Notes: a model not told the origin generated them from the sequence alone. A stretch of 64,000 nt of DNA from Chlamydiales bacterium (GCA_965206695.1 CBDBKM010000011.1:64001-128000), one strand, 5' to 3'; shown: positions 1 to 15,249, counted from the first letter of the stretch. Translations and numbers: made by a program.

Positions 1-69
1 CATACAACTTTTCATAAAGAGGGTAATTCTTTAGAAGAAGACATAAAGAAATATTTTAAGATGATTGCT

Positions 70-1989
70 TTAGTATAAGAATGTAACACTATAGTTAAAG
101 CGATTACTGCCCGTTTCTACATTTAATAATGATACAGGAGTCAAGGCAGTTGCCCAATCCATTCTAAAAGCAAAGTTTTGTCTAAAGAGAATTTCTATTC
201 CAAAACCTAAACCAACCATCGTAGCATCGGTTTCAAATGCTATTCTTCTATTGTTAACCGCATTACCCGAATCAACAAAGAAGCGGAAGATTAAATCCCA
301 ATCTACAGGTCCACCCGGATATTGAGGTGCATATCGGAAAGGTTTACCTAATACGTTTTGAATAGGTTTTTTTACGGGAGGGAAAAGCCTGGGAATATGT
401 AATAAATATTCTGATGTTGTTAGGAAAACTGAGTCACCGGAAGTTAATGCTTCAGGATAAGCTCTAACAGTGTTAAAGCCTCCGGCTACTCCTTTCATTT
501 GAGGAATCAATCTATAATCAAAAGCATATTGCCCTCTACACCTTAATGCTATTTCATTAGCTAAAGCCTCAGAATGCATCCATTCAAAACCTGTCCTATT
601 GAAAAATGGTTCTAAATAAAAAGCTATTGATACATCCCAATAAAAGATCTGCCAATGATGATTGGTAGCAAAACGACCCAGATTATCTATTTGCTTACGA
701 TTACTTCCCATGGACCAACGAGGGTTAATCTCAAGAGCATAAGACATATTGAAGCGATAGTCTCTTTCAATCTTTTCAATAGACAATTCAAACTTAGGAA
801 GAAGAAATAACTGATTTCCCGATACTGTATTTCCTGTAGCTAAAGCAGGGTTAGAAACATGGACTTTTCTATATTGTATTGATGGATTGAAATCGATAAA
901 GAGTGCTTTCTTTTGAAAAGCGTTCATAATCCACATCGATCCGACAACGAACTGCTCACCCACAAAACTTCTACCTAAGATACCTAATTCAGCTGATTCA
1001 AATCGGTTATACATTAAGTTGTTATTCCATCTAACACGTCTCGTTGCGAAAGGACATTCATATGATACATAACCACTATAAATATTCTTGAATCCATCAG
1101 TAGAATAATAGCCTCTAAAAGTATCATCATAATTGAATAACTGTGTGTGTGTTAAACCAAAGGATTCTACCCAATCTGCTGTTTGAGGAACCCCTGTATT
1201 TGCAGCATTAAACCAAACATACCAAGGCTTATTTTCTATAATAATGTAGTCAACTCCAACCGAATCATTACTTAAAGGTCGGATATTAGCATCAACTCTT
1301 CGATTCGGATATCTATTTAAGAAGTACACATAGTTATCTAACATGTCATTATCAAGCATATCCCCATCATTATCCGGATAAGCTTGCGCCGGTTGAAGAG
1401 GTGAAGAACTCATTACATACTCATGCTTATTAGCATTTTCTGCATAATCTCTTTGTTTCTTATCTCCTCTTCGGCTCAGAGTTCTTAGTTCTCCTACACG
1501 AGCAGTTGTCACAACTAGTGTAAATCTGGTATCACCGGATAACCTGGCATTATCACCACCACGACTCACTTGATTCTCAGGAACTCTAACAGTAACGCCA
1601 TGAACGCCTTTCTTATTGTAATAATTAACAATAGCCCTAGTTATTGTGGTCAATGCGCTCCTATAAAACCAATGGGATTCATCCATATGTTGGAATTGTC
1701 CTAATCTAAAAGTTTGATAAGGCTCACCTTTTCTACGAGCAATAAATCCTCTTTCCGTAGGAAAAAGATCTACTTTAATTGTCATTAAGTCCCGTATCGT
1801 TTCATGATCTCTATGAGGATTATCATAAACAATTTCTAATGCACCAACGCGATAACGTTGTCCATCAGAGGAATCCGGAAGAATATCGTCCCGGTTGCAT
1901 ACATAGCGAAATGAATCACCATAAGCCACTATAGATATAAGAGGACAACATGCTATGATAAAAAATAAGATTGAACGTTTCAAAAGCAC
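70..1989 (-). CDS. ShlB/FhaC/HecB family (TpsB/Omp85-like) two-partner secretion outer-membrane transporter
   Basis: Signal peptide, POTRA-like N-terminal region, amphipathic beta-strands, loop-6 VRGY-like motif (GGFNTVRAYPE), C-terminal aromatic strand (FNYSVTFLY). Confidence 0.8.
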   Translation of the reverse strand: MLLKRSILFFIIACCPLISIVAYGDSFRYVCNRDDILPDSSDGQRYRVGALEIVYDNPHRDHETIRDLMTIKVDLFPTERGFIARRKGEPYQTFRLGQFQHMDESHWFYRSALTTITRAIVNYYNKKGVHGVTVRVPENQVSRGGDNARLSGDTRFTLVVTTARVGELRTLSRRGDKKQRDYAENANKHEYVMSSSPLQPAQAYPDNDGDMLDNDMLDNYVYFLNRYPNRRVDANIRPLSNDSVGVDYIIIENKPWYVWFNAANTGVPQTADWVESFGLTHTQLFNYDDTFRGYYSTDGFKNIYSGYVSYECPFATRRVRWNNNLMYNRFESAELGILGRSFVGEQFVVGSMWIMNAFQKKALFIDFNPSIQYRKVHVSNPALATGNTVSGNQLFLLPKFELSIEKIERDYRFNMSYALEINPRWSMGSNRKQIDNLGRFATNHHWQIFYWDVSIAFYLEPFFNRTGFEWMHSEALANEIALRCRGQYAFDYRLIPQMKGVAGGFNTVRAYPEALTSGDSVFLTTSEYLLHIPRLFPPVKKPIQNVLGKPFRYAPQYPGGPVDWDLIFRFFVDSGNAVNNRRIAFETDATMVGLGFGIEILFRQNFAFRMDWATALTPVSLLNVETGSNRFNYSVTFLY

Positions 1990-2277
1990 TTTGTAACCCC
2001 CATTTGTTCCAAGAGAAAACCTTTTAATTTATTTTCGCACAATATACAAAAATAAATTTTGATAGCAAAATAAATCCGATAAAAAGTCTTTTTTTTGCAT
2101 CTGATGGATAAATCATTCATTCCACCCCCCCTTAAAAACACTTAATATTACAAATCTACTTCGTTTTTCTTAGTATTCTTTTAGTTTTATCGACAATTAA
2201 TATACCTAGGAATGCTAATGTTCCAACATGCACAAAACATTGAATTATGAAAAGGATGTAATATATTTTTTTTTATA

Positions 2278-2751
2278 AGACTTGTTGCGCAATAAAAATT
2301 GTATAAGTTTAGCTCTTCTCAATTTTTATCTTTCATCTTCAACTTAAATTGTTCTTCTTTCCATCACATCTATGAGCACAACATGCACGTCTTGAAAAAC
2401 TTCCCGGGATGCTTCGATTAAGGCGATTTTTCTTTTAGAAAGACGAAGTGTATACTCTAATGCGTTTTCTAAGATAGGAAGAGCACTTTTGCCTTAACAT
2501 TTCGCAATATCCCTTTACGTCCACTTCCAATACCACGTACTTTCTACTTTTTATTTGCAGCATGAAAAAGCGCTTACGCGAAAAAAATAGTCAATTCATT
2601 AAATTGACGAATACTTAAACCTGTTATAGCTCTCATGGTTCGTTCTTCACAATTTAGCTCCTTTTAAAAGTCCTTCAATCATTTGCTTGTCTCTATATTT
2701 TTCTGAAAAACCTTATCAGAAACCACAAAAAATTTAAACCGCAACAAGTCT
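2278..2751 (-). mobile_element. Internally deleted, degenerate IS (probably IS5 family)
   Basis: 12-bp perfect terminal inverted repeats AGACTTGTTGCG / CGCAACAAGTCT; right end homologous (inverted) to 15010-15128; no intact ORF. Confidence 0.55.
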
Positions 2752-2859
2752 ACTGAAGCAAGGCTTATTCATCTCGAACCTATTTCAGCACAAATTCCAC
2801 AAGACCCTCTGCTGTTATTATTTTAGACAGAGCCGCGTGGCATATAACTCAATGCCTTC

Positions 2860-2943
2860 AAAGTTTTAATTTTTAGGGTTACCGATCAAGATGGGGGATA
2901 TCTTTCAGAATTTCTATTGGAAAAAGGATATGAGGTATCATGA
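2860..2943 (+). pseudogene. gmd: N-terminal fragment of GDP-mannose 4,6-dehydratase
   Basis: Translates [27 protein letters not shown], matching the Gmd N-terminus consensus [25 protein letters not shown]; embedded among IS630 remnants. Confidence 0.65.
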
Positions 2944-3085
2944 CACCTAACTCTTGCGCAATTTCTCTAAAATAGGCCTCCGGATATTTTGAAGGTGATG
3001 CCTTTTTTTAGGTGCTAAGATCTGCGCCTTTCTCAAGCAAGCCGGTTCTTCGATAAAGTGCGGGTGATAACTGAAAAAACGCTTG
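2941..3085 (-). pseudogene. IS630 transposase N-terminal remnant
   Basis: Minus strand encodes KYPEAYFREIAQELGV, resembling QYPDAYLRGIAELF of the IS630 ORF at 8973. Confidence 0.5.
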
Positions 3086-3198
3086 TTTTATTAAATCAAG
3101 TGAGTGTGTCATCCGGATATTTTACATGAAAAAAATGAACAATAAACTTTAAAACACTTTAAAGTATTCGTAAAAATTTACAGGCAATTTCGAATAAC

Positions 3199-3230
3199 AA
3201 AAAAAAGCCCATCATATTGCTATGATGAGC
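3199..3230 (-). terminator. Rho-independent terminator of rRNA operon
   Basis: Minus strand GCTCATCATA-GCAA-TATGATGGGC followed by T8, immediately 3' of 5S. Confidence 0.8.
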
Positions 3231-3240
3231 ATGAAAAAAA

Positions 3241-3356
3241 ACTTGGCAACGTCCTACTCTTCCACACTCTTGTGTGCAGTACCATCGGCGATGAAAGACT
3301 TAACTTCTGAGTTCGGGATGGAATCAGGTGTACCCCTTTCTCTATAATCACCAAGA
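3241..3356 (-). rRNA. rrf: 5S rRNA
   Basis: Reverse complement contains ACACCTGATTCCATCCCGAACTCAGAAGTTAAG...GATGGTACTG...GAAGAGTAGGACGTTGCCAAG. Confidence 0.97.
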
Positions 3357-3480
3357 AAAAATCGTTAGATAATACAATTATTATCAATAGTGAGTGCTTG
3401 AAGATATCGTATACCATTTTGGCTCTCATCATCATTGACATGATTAACATTACTGCTAAAAACGCCGATGAAGAAAAAAA

Positions 3481-6434
<2,954 letters not shown>

Positions 6435-6684
6435 AAAAAAATTAATTAAACCAAAAAAAGTATTCGATTAATATCCTCAAGCACCCACTATTAATAATAA
6501 TAATGGCTCATTTTTGTAAAATTGTATTATTTACGACTTTATTTTACTTGTTACTCAAAACTGTCAAAAGAACCAAACCTGTTGAAGACAGGTTACTGTT
6601 GCTTGAACAACATAAAAAGACCCACATATCAATTAGACACTTGCCCAACCTGGTTTCTTCAAATTAATGAAGAAACTGTCCTCT

Positions 6685-8230
<1,546 letters not shown>

Positions 8231-8375
8231 ATAAACTTCGTTCGAAAGCAATTAATTGCTTTCATTCAAAACAAGTACCCGTTTATTGACATATGGATCT
8301 TTTTATATTGTCGAAACTTTCAAGATAGCCAGCAGATTCTCTTAATGATTATCCGGCTGATAAAAAATTGATAAC

Positions 8376-8404
8376 AATGTAGCTTGCGCCTGATTATAAG
8401 GCAA
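8376..8404 (-). promoter_or_regulatory. sigma66 promoter of rRNA operon
   Basis: Minus strand TTGCCT-17 nt-TACATT about 150 nt upstream of 16S, with an A-rich UP-like tract upstream. Confidence 0.6.
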
Positions 8405-8791
8405 TATTTTTTTGCGTTTTTTTGAATTTTTCTTAAAAACTGTCTTTTTTTCCATGGCTTGATCTAAAAATAAAAAACAAACTTATACGTTATTCCAATC
8501 ACTACCAAGCTTCATTGAACTTTTCAATCACTCTACTTGTTATTTCATTTACTTTTGGCAGAGTCTCGGAAAGCACCAATATTGTGTTAGAGTATTGTTG
8601 ATTTTTAAATCTGATCCGCTGTGTGAGCGGTAGAGTGCCTGTGAAGTTGTAGATAATTCTTGAGCGTCGCCCAAAATGGGTGAGCAAAGACGGAAGCAGG
8701 AAAAAAGCGGTGAGTCAAACACGATGTTTGGCGAAATCATAACTCATGTTACGCAAAATGCAAATAGCATATAATTTTTTCAGCTCATGAA

Positions 8792-8923
8792 AGGTAGCCT
8801 GATTTGCTTTGATCAATAATTCATTTTTAGTGACATCGGATTTTCTTGTTTCCTTTTTGGTTTTGATATCACAAAAACGTACTGTTTTAGCTATGATTTC
8901 ATAGCCAACAGGAAAGGCTATAT
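8792..8923. repeat. Left arm of long inverted repeat / MITE-like unit
   Basis: 8873-8923 is the exact reverse complement of 9810-9860 (51 bp); imperfect complementarity extends to about 8792/9945. Confidence 0.9.
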
Positions 8924-9809
8924 TATAGTAATTTAACTTTACTTTTTCTCTAAAAATTTCTATTATATTTTCATGACTTATTCAAATGATTTAAGAAAAA
9001 AAGCATTAGACTATGTTGAAGAAACCGGCTCTAAGATAGAAGCAAGCCATATCTTTGGTATCACTGTCCGTACACTATTTAATTGGATTAAAAGAAAAAA
9101 ACAAGGATGTTTAGCACCTAATCGAAGCAGGAATAAGCGTCCTCATAAAATTAAAGAAGAACAACTAAAAGCTTATATTCAACAATATCCTGATGCTTAT
9201 TTAAGAGGAATTGCAGAGTTATTTAAAACAAGTATAACAGCTGTTTTTTATGCTTGTAAACGATACAGGATTATTTTAAAAAAAAGACACCCTTCTATAA
9301 GGAAAGAAATGAGGAAAAACGACAAATATTTATAAATAAGCTGCAGGAGATTCCTAAGAAGGATCGTGTCTACATGGATGAAATCTTTACCGTGATAAGG
9401 CGAGGGCTGTATCCGGCAGTCGATATCACAAGGAAAATTTTATAGCGGCACAAAATAGATCAAATATTTTAGCTCCATTTTGTTATACGGGAACTTGCAA
9501 TTCTGACTTATTTAATATGTGGTTGGAAAAAATATTACTACCGTTACTAAAACCGGGACAAGTTATTATTCTAGACAACGCTAGTTTTCATAAATCAAAG
9601 AAAAATTGTGAAATTATTCAGAAATACGGATGTAAGATGCTGTTTTTACCTCCGTATTCACCGGACTTAAATCCTATCGAAAATTTTTGGGCCAATTTAA
9701 AAAAAAGAGTAAAAGAAAGCATCAGCAAATTTGCCAACCCGGCAGAAGCAATTAATCAATCTTTTATAGAGGTCTCTATATAATGAAAATTTAAAATTAA
9801 ATTACTATA
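8924..9809 (+). mobile_element. IS630-family element (type A), frameshifted two-ORF transposase with internal deletions
   Basis: TA duplication, TIR TAGTAATTTAA / TTAAATTACTA; ORFs 8973-9335 (HTH) and 9517-9783 (DNASFH, LPPYSPDLNPIE); A-AAA-AAG slippery site. Confidence 0.92.
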
Positions 9810-9945
9810 ATATAGCCTTTCCTGTTGGCTATGAAATCATAGCTAAAACAGTACGTTTTTATGATATTAAAACCAAAAAAGAGAAAAGAAAATCTACTTT
9901 AACTAAAAATTAAATGATTTCGGAGACAAATCAAGCAGGCTATCT
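9810..9945. repeat. Right arm of long inverted repeat / MITE-like unit
   Basis: Reverse complement of 8792-8923; begins TATAGCCT and ends AGGCTATC. Confidence 0.9.
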
Positions 9946-9949
9946 ATAA

Positions 9950-10255
9950 AAAACCGAGTACACTTTGATTATATCCTTGCAGATAATTGGTTTGGATCGA
10001 AAAACAATAGGGAGCTTATTCTATTATGAAACAGATAAGAAATTTATTTTAGGTATGAAGTCAAATAGACTAGTCGCTTTCTCAAAAAAGAGAAAGCAAA
10101 AAAGGTCAGTATCACAATCCGGAATCGCTTTATCTCAAAGAACGGAGAAAAAAAGATAGTTTGGCTTAAACATGTATATTTTCCTGTTGCTCTAATAAAA
10201 AAGTCTTCATAAACGAAGATGGTGCATTAGGAACCCTGTACCTTGTAAGCAACGG
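9950..10255 (+). pseudogene. IS701-family transposase remnant
   Basis: Broken frames read FDYILADNWFGSKNN, KKFILGMKSNRLVA, WLKHVYFPVALIKK and FINEDGALGTLYLVSN. Confidence 0.6.
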
Positions 10256-10265
10256 CTGAGACCTT

Positions 10266-10314
10266 AAGACCTTTGCATAACTTATTGATTTAGTCGTCGA
10301 TTTGTCAAAAATAT
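10266..10314. repeat. Partial MITE end (AAGACCT(C/T)TGCATAACT family)
   Basis: Near-identical to the reverse complement of 34289-34337. Confidence 0.8.
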
Positions 10315-10507
10315 AGTAGAGTTGTTCCGGATTTTACTAGTTTTAGTATTGGGGAAAGGGGTTATCTGAAAATAGTTTTTAATTAGAGAATGTTTTTCTA
10401 AACTTTATATTTGCTTTATAAATAGAGCTCCTTTACCTTTATAGTTTTTTATATAAAAGTTTATGTCGTTTCGAATGAAAGACATTAATTATAGGAGGCA
10501 TTGGATT

Positions 10508-10903
10508 ATGATAGCACAAGTTAACAGCGAAAATAAGGAACCAACTTGGGGGGCTTGGTTTAATGAACGATTGAACTGGGCCGGTGAAAAAGCCGGTGAC
10601 GCAACAGAATGGACTCGAGAGAATTTGAGGGCTGCATCAGAAAAAGCAGGGGGAATTTTTCATGATAGTAAAAAAGCTTTGGGAAAGACAATTGACCAGA
10701 TGGGAGATATTGAGCGTTACACGGTTATGCCTATAGGCGCTTTAACCTCAACTGTGATTCTCAAAAAAGGTATAGAAGATCTTTCTGCCGGTTATGCTGC
10801 TGCAGGACTATCAGAAATATTTATTGGAGCGTTAGCTGCTTGTGTTACTGCATGGGTGGGCATGGATTCTTATGGTAAATGGCACTATAAAACTGAGATA
10901 TAA
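10508..10903 (+). CDS. Hypothetical protein with amphipathic repeats and two C-terminal hydrophobic segments
   Basis: AGGAGG RBS before ATG 10508; repeated xEKAG motif; hydrophobic C-terminus; hairpin plus T-tract downstream (10928-10980). Confidence 0.7.
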   Translation: MIAQVNSENKEPTWGAWFNERLNWAGEKAGDATEWTRENLRAASEKAGGIFHDSKKALGKTIDQMGDIERYTVMPIGALTSTVILKKGIEDLSAGYAAAGLSEIFIGALAACVTAWVGMDSYGKWHYKTEI

Positions 10904-11047
10904 AAACGTTTCATTCTTTTAAGTGACATGGCTTAATTTTTTTAAAAACCCCGTAGGATAAAAAATTAAGTCATTTTTTTTGTGCTATAAAATATTTTCT
11001 TTATATAAACGCTAATATTTATTAATGGAAACTTAATGCTTGCATTG

Positions 11048-12145
11048 TATACCCCTTATGAATCAAAGTGCCGATTCTAAGACTTGAAAATGATCATTGA
11101 TTCGTTTCCTCATTGATTGAGCAATAGAGGGCCAAGTATTTTCAAAAAATCCGGTAATCGATCTCCGAAATTCTTTAGCAGAATTAAAAAACCGATTATT
11201 GCGACAGTATTCATTCATCACTTTCCATAATCGTTCAATGGGATTGAGGTTAGGACTGTAAGAAGGTAAATAATAGAGAATAATACCTTGTTTTTCTGCT
11301 TCTTGTTTGGTCTGAATACTTGTATTATAAGGGCCTTGATCTAAAATAAGATGGATATTTGGAGCTGAGGGGTATTTTGACCGTAGCAAAGCAAAATGCT
11401 TTGCCATGGTACCGCTATTTAATGTTTCATAAGCATCTATTGTTACCTTCATACTGTTTAAATTGATAGACCCCATAAGATTCATTCGAGTACGAGAAGC
11501 TGTTGTTGCAATCAATTTATCTGTTCCCGGTCGAATCCAACCATAAGAAATTTTAGTTGCCATAGTTGGATGTACACCATCAGCAAATTCAACAGGCTCA
11601 TTTTTAGGCAGAGATGCCATAAGCTTGGTGTAAAATTGCATCCAAGCTTTTTGTTGATCAGAATTTGCCTTAGCCGGTGTACCTTTAGGCTTTTTATAGG
11701 AAAAACCATGTGAGTGTAGCCAAGAAGTCATCCCTGAAATCGTATAAACAATGCCATATTTCGCGAGAACATAAGAACAGATATCTTCTACTTTGACATA
11801 GGTATGAGTTGTTAAATGTTTAATGAATTCTTCTGACTGTGGCGCAAGAAGTTTACTGACTGAACCACCGCTTTCTACATGCAATTGCTGTTTATTTTGA
11901 TATTCTTTAATGTGACGAGACACTGTTTCATCGTCTAAAAGCACAGCTTCAGCAATACGAGTATTACTCCAACCTTTATTCGACAATAGAACAGCCTTGA
12001 TACGATCTCGTATACGACCATTCTTTTCTCGTTTATGTTGCTGTCTGAGATGCTTTTCTTCTGATAGTGTTAAAAATGAATTCATACAAAATAATTTACA
12101 CTATACGAATACAAAATATCCGGAGTTTTATTCGTGATGAGTATA
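11048..12145 (-). mobile_element. IS630-family element (type B), intact single-ORF transposase 11063-12085
   Basis: 340-aa ORF with HTH, FADGVHP, ILDQGPY, YLPSYSPNLNPIERLW; TATA-ended imperfect TIRs. Confidence 0.95.
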
Positions 12146-12482
12146 GTGTGTTCAAGTTCTTGAATAATTAGATGAACGAGATGGAAAATATTAACAATCG
12201 GAAAACACAGCTATCTCTAGCCATGGCCTTGTTATGATCATGCGTATAAGCTTTATCTCCAAAGACGGATGTTTCTAGAGTATAAATAAGACTAGCATCT
12301 ACTCATGTACCTTCGGTCATTAATAGCCTTATTTCGCTAATAAATTCTTGGTGTAATTAATTTTTTTTTGTTAGCTCACCTTGCTCTAAGAGATGCCGAA
12401 AATATAAAATCGTACTCTCATCCGGAACCTTATCAATACAGATATCGAAATCTAAAAATTTTTGAAAAGACAAACGGTCATA

Positions 12483-13420
12483 TATAGTATTTTAATTTTT
12501 ATTTAATAATATGTTATCCTTCTTTTTTTATACAAACAGTAAGGACAAAACAATGCCTAGAGCCTATTCAGTAGATCTTCGAGAGAAAGTATGACAACAT
12601 ATAGAAAAACATCATGATAAAAAAACAGCCGGCCATATTTTTCAAGTAGGTATCGCAACAATATATCGATGGATCTTGCAAAAAAAGCAAAAAGGACATT
12701 TAAAGCCAATCCGCAGAAAATATGCTTATAAGAAATTAGATGATGAGTTGTTATCTAAATATGTAGAAAAACATCCGGATTATTTCTTATCGGAAATTGC
12801 TGATTATTTTTCAGTCACTCCGCAAACGATTTTTTATGCCCTTAAAAGATTAAAAATTACACGAAAAAAAAACTACTCGCTATAAGGAAAGAGATGAAAA
12901 GAAACGGGAAGCTTTTATGAAAGATTTAAAAAATATTCCCTTTGACAAGAGAATTTATCTCGATGAAACCGGGATTCATCAATTTTTATTTCGTGAGCCC
13001 GGAAGAAGCTTACGCGGCAAAAAAGTTTTTGGAGCAGTTTCAGGAAACCGCTTTATAAGGCAAAATATTATTTCAGCCCTATCTAAAGGGCAGTTTTTAT
13101 CTCCAATGTGTTTTGAAGGTACTTGTAATACCGGGTTATTCAATATTTGGCTTAAGGAAGTTTTGACTCCTCAGCTTACACCCGGTAGTGTTCTTATTCT
13201 TGACAATGCCGGTTTTCACAAGTCAGCGGAAAGCAGGAAAACAGTAGAATCTGCCGGTTGTAAGCTTATGTTTCTTCCTCCCTATTCTCCGGACTTAAAT
13301 CCTATAGAAAAATATTGGGCTAATATGAAAAATAAAGTTAGAGAGATATTACGAAAAGTTACGAATTTTACATTCGCCATTGATCAAGCAATCTTATCAA
13401 TATAAAATTAAATGACTATA
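12483..13420 (+). mobile_element. IS630-family element (type C) copy 1, defective (TGA at codon 14, A9 slippery run)
   Basis: TA duplication, TATAGT...ACTATA ends; ORFs 12676-12885 and 12917-13405 (YLDETG, LDNAGFH, LPPYSPDLNPIE). Confidence 0.95.
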
Positions 13421-13926
13421 TAGCATCTTACCATTCCGGGATCGCTTAATTGGTACCACTGCTGTAGGCAATAGATTGTAATCGTTAATTTTAAAGGGAA
13501 GGGTTTCTCCTCAGCTTACACCCGGTAGTGTTCTTATTCTTGACAATGCCGGTTTTCACAAGTCAGCGGAAAGCAGGAAAACAGTAGAATCTGCCGGTTG
13601 TAAGCTTATGTTTCTTCCTCCATATTCTCCGGACTTAAATCCTATAGAAAAATATTGGGCTAATATGAAAAATAAAGTTAGAGAGATATTACGAAAAGTT
13701 ACGAATTTTAAATTCGCCATTGATCAAGCAATATTATCAATGTAAAATTAAATGACTATAGAGAGATATTACGAAAAGTTACGAATTTTACATTCGCCAT
13801 TGATCAAGCAATCTTATCAATATAAAATTAAATGACTATATAGCATCTTACCATTCCGGGATCGCTTAATTGGTACCACTGCTGTAGGCAATAGATTGTA
13901 ATCGTTAATTTTAAAGGGAAGGGTTT
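13341..13926 (+). repeat. Local duplication: 13341-13506 repeated at 13761-13926, enclosing a 3' fragment of IS630 type C (13507-13760)
   Basis: Direct sequence comparison. Confidence 0.9.
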
Positions 13927-14501
13927 CCTTCCCATTTTATTATGGTAATCATAAGGTTGAATGAGACTCTCACATGTCTTCCAATCAATAACCTTATTCA
14001 TTTCATTTAAAAATTTTTCCGATCTCAGTATTTTTTTACGCATAGAAAAAGATAGAAGACTTAAATAGACATGGTTAAACTTTTTAAAAAAAGACTTTAA
14101 CCTATCAAGCTATTTTTAAGCACTTAATTCAGATGGTCCTTTAAATATGTCTAGCTCTATCTTTTACCCTATTAGCCGGATTTTAATGGAAAAAGGTTTC
14201 AACTATTGGTGCCTATTGTAGCATAATTTAAGGAGTGATATGAAGGATTAGCACTTACCTTTTTGGGAGGACAGGAGGTTATCAATGCTATTGGATTATT
14301 GATAGTCTCTCCCTAACCTTCGCGTCAGAAATTTTAGGCTCTATTGTATTTCCCAACAGAGCATCATTATCATTTTAAGGAGAAAACTTTGATTCCAATC
14401 ATACCATTTGAACAATAACCGTTTTCTATTATTCCTTTTTCTCATCAAAGAGATGAAACTTTTATTGAAGAGTATTCTTGCAATAACGAAACCTAACTGA
14501 T

Positions 14502-14873
14502 TTAATTACTTTCTAAAGGATACCCTATTCCCCTCCAAGCTCTGATTCCCCCATCCATTGACTTCACATTTACATAACCCATTTTTTGTAACTCATCGGC
14601 AGCTAAGGCTGAACGAAAGCCTCCCCCGCAATATAAAACTATTTCAGCTTGTTTATCTTCTATGGTATCCCCTATATCACGTTCTAAGATCCCTCTAGAA
14701 AGATGAATCGCATTAGGAATATTTCCTTCATCCCATTCTTCTGTTTCGCGTACGTCAACTAAATAAAAAGCTTCCTTTTTATCTAAAAAATGCTTCACAT
14801 CATGGATACTAACTTCTTTTATTCGTGTTTTGGCATCCATAACAAGACGCACAAATTCTTGATGATGAGACAT
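14502..14873 (-). CDS. Single-domain rhodanese (sulfurtransferase)
   Basis: LVDVRETEEW, IPNAIHL, active-site IVLYCGGGFRSALAA, MDGGIRAW; start reassigned to MSHHQ. Confidence 0.93.
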   Translation of the reverse strand: MSHHQEFVRLVMDAKTRIKEVSIHDVKHFLDKKEAFYLVDVRETEEWDEGNIPNAIHLSRGILERDIGDTIEDKQAEIVLYCGGGFRSALAADELQKMGYVNVKSMDGGIRAWRGIGYPLESN

Positions 14874-15249
14874 GGTATTTTTCCTTCTTTTTAAATTTAA
14901 TTTAAAAAGAACAAAATAAATCATTTCTTTATTTTGTTCTTTAACTAAATGCATCCCGGCAATCGCAACGGAAGCTTGATCCGCTAAAAAACGAAATAAA
15001 TATTCGACCGGTTGCGATTTAAATCTTTAGTGGTTTCTGATAAGTTTGTTCGGAAAAATATAGAGACGGGTAGATGATTGAAGGACTTTTAAAACGAGCT
15101 AAACGTGAAGAACGACCTATGAGAGCTAATGTTGTTTTTCATGATGATGATGTATCATGCACGAATGACTGACTCAGTTGATTTTTAAAAAAAAGCTCTC
15201 AAATATCTCGATAAGGTTGGAGACCGAAAAAGGACTTGTTTCAATCTAC

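Larger units (their letters stand above)
12200..14139 (-). pseudogene. Degenerate IS5-family element interrupted by IS630
   Basis: 5' part (13841-14043) reads GRKPFPL...LQQWYQLSDPGM; continues across the IS630 TA site as YDRLSFQKFL...VPDESTILYFRHLLEQ (ending at 12482). Confidence 0.8.

Noticed and set aside
6435..6684. tRNAs in the 16S-23S spacer
   Set aside because: No cloverleaf or T-loop motif found.
12553..12600. TGA in IS630 ORF A as evidence for a reassigned genetic code or selenocysteine
   Set aside because: The intact allele has Leu (TTA) here; Trp is TGG in core genes and none of them contain in-frame TGA.
14150..14460. Possible decayed membrane-protein gene
   Set aside because: Short broken frames with no motif I can assign.
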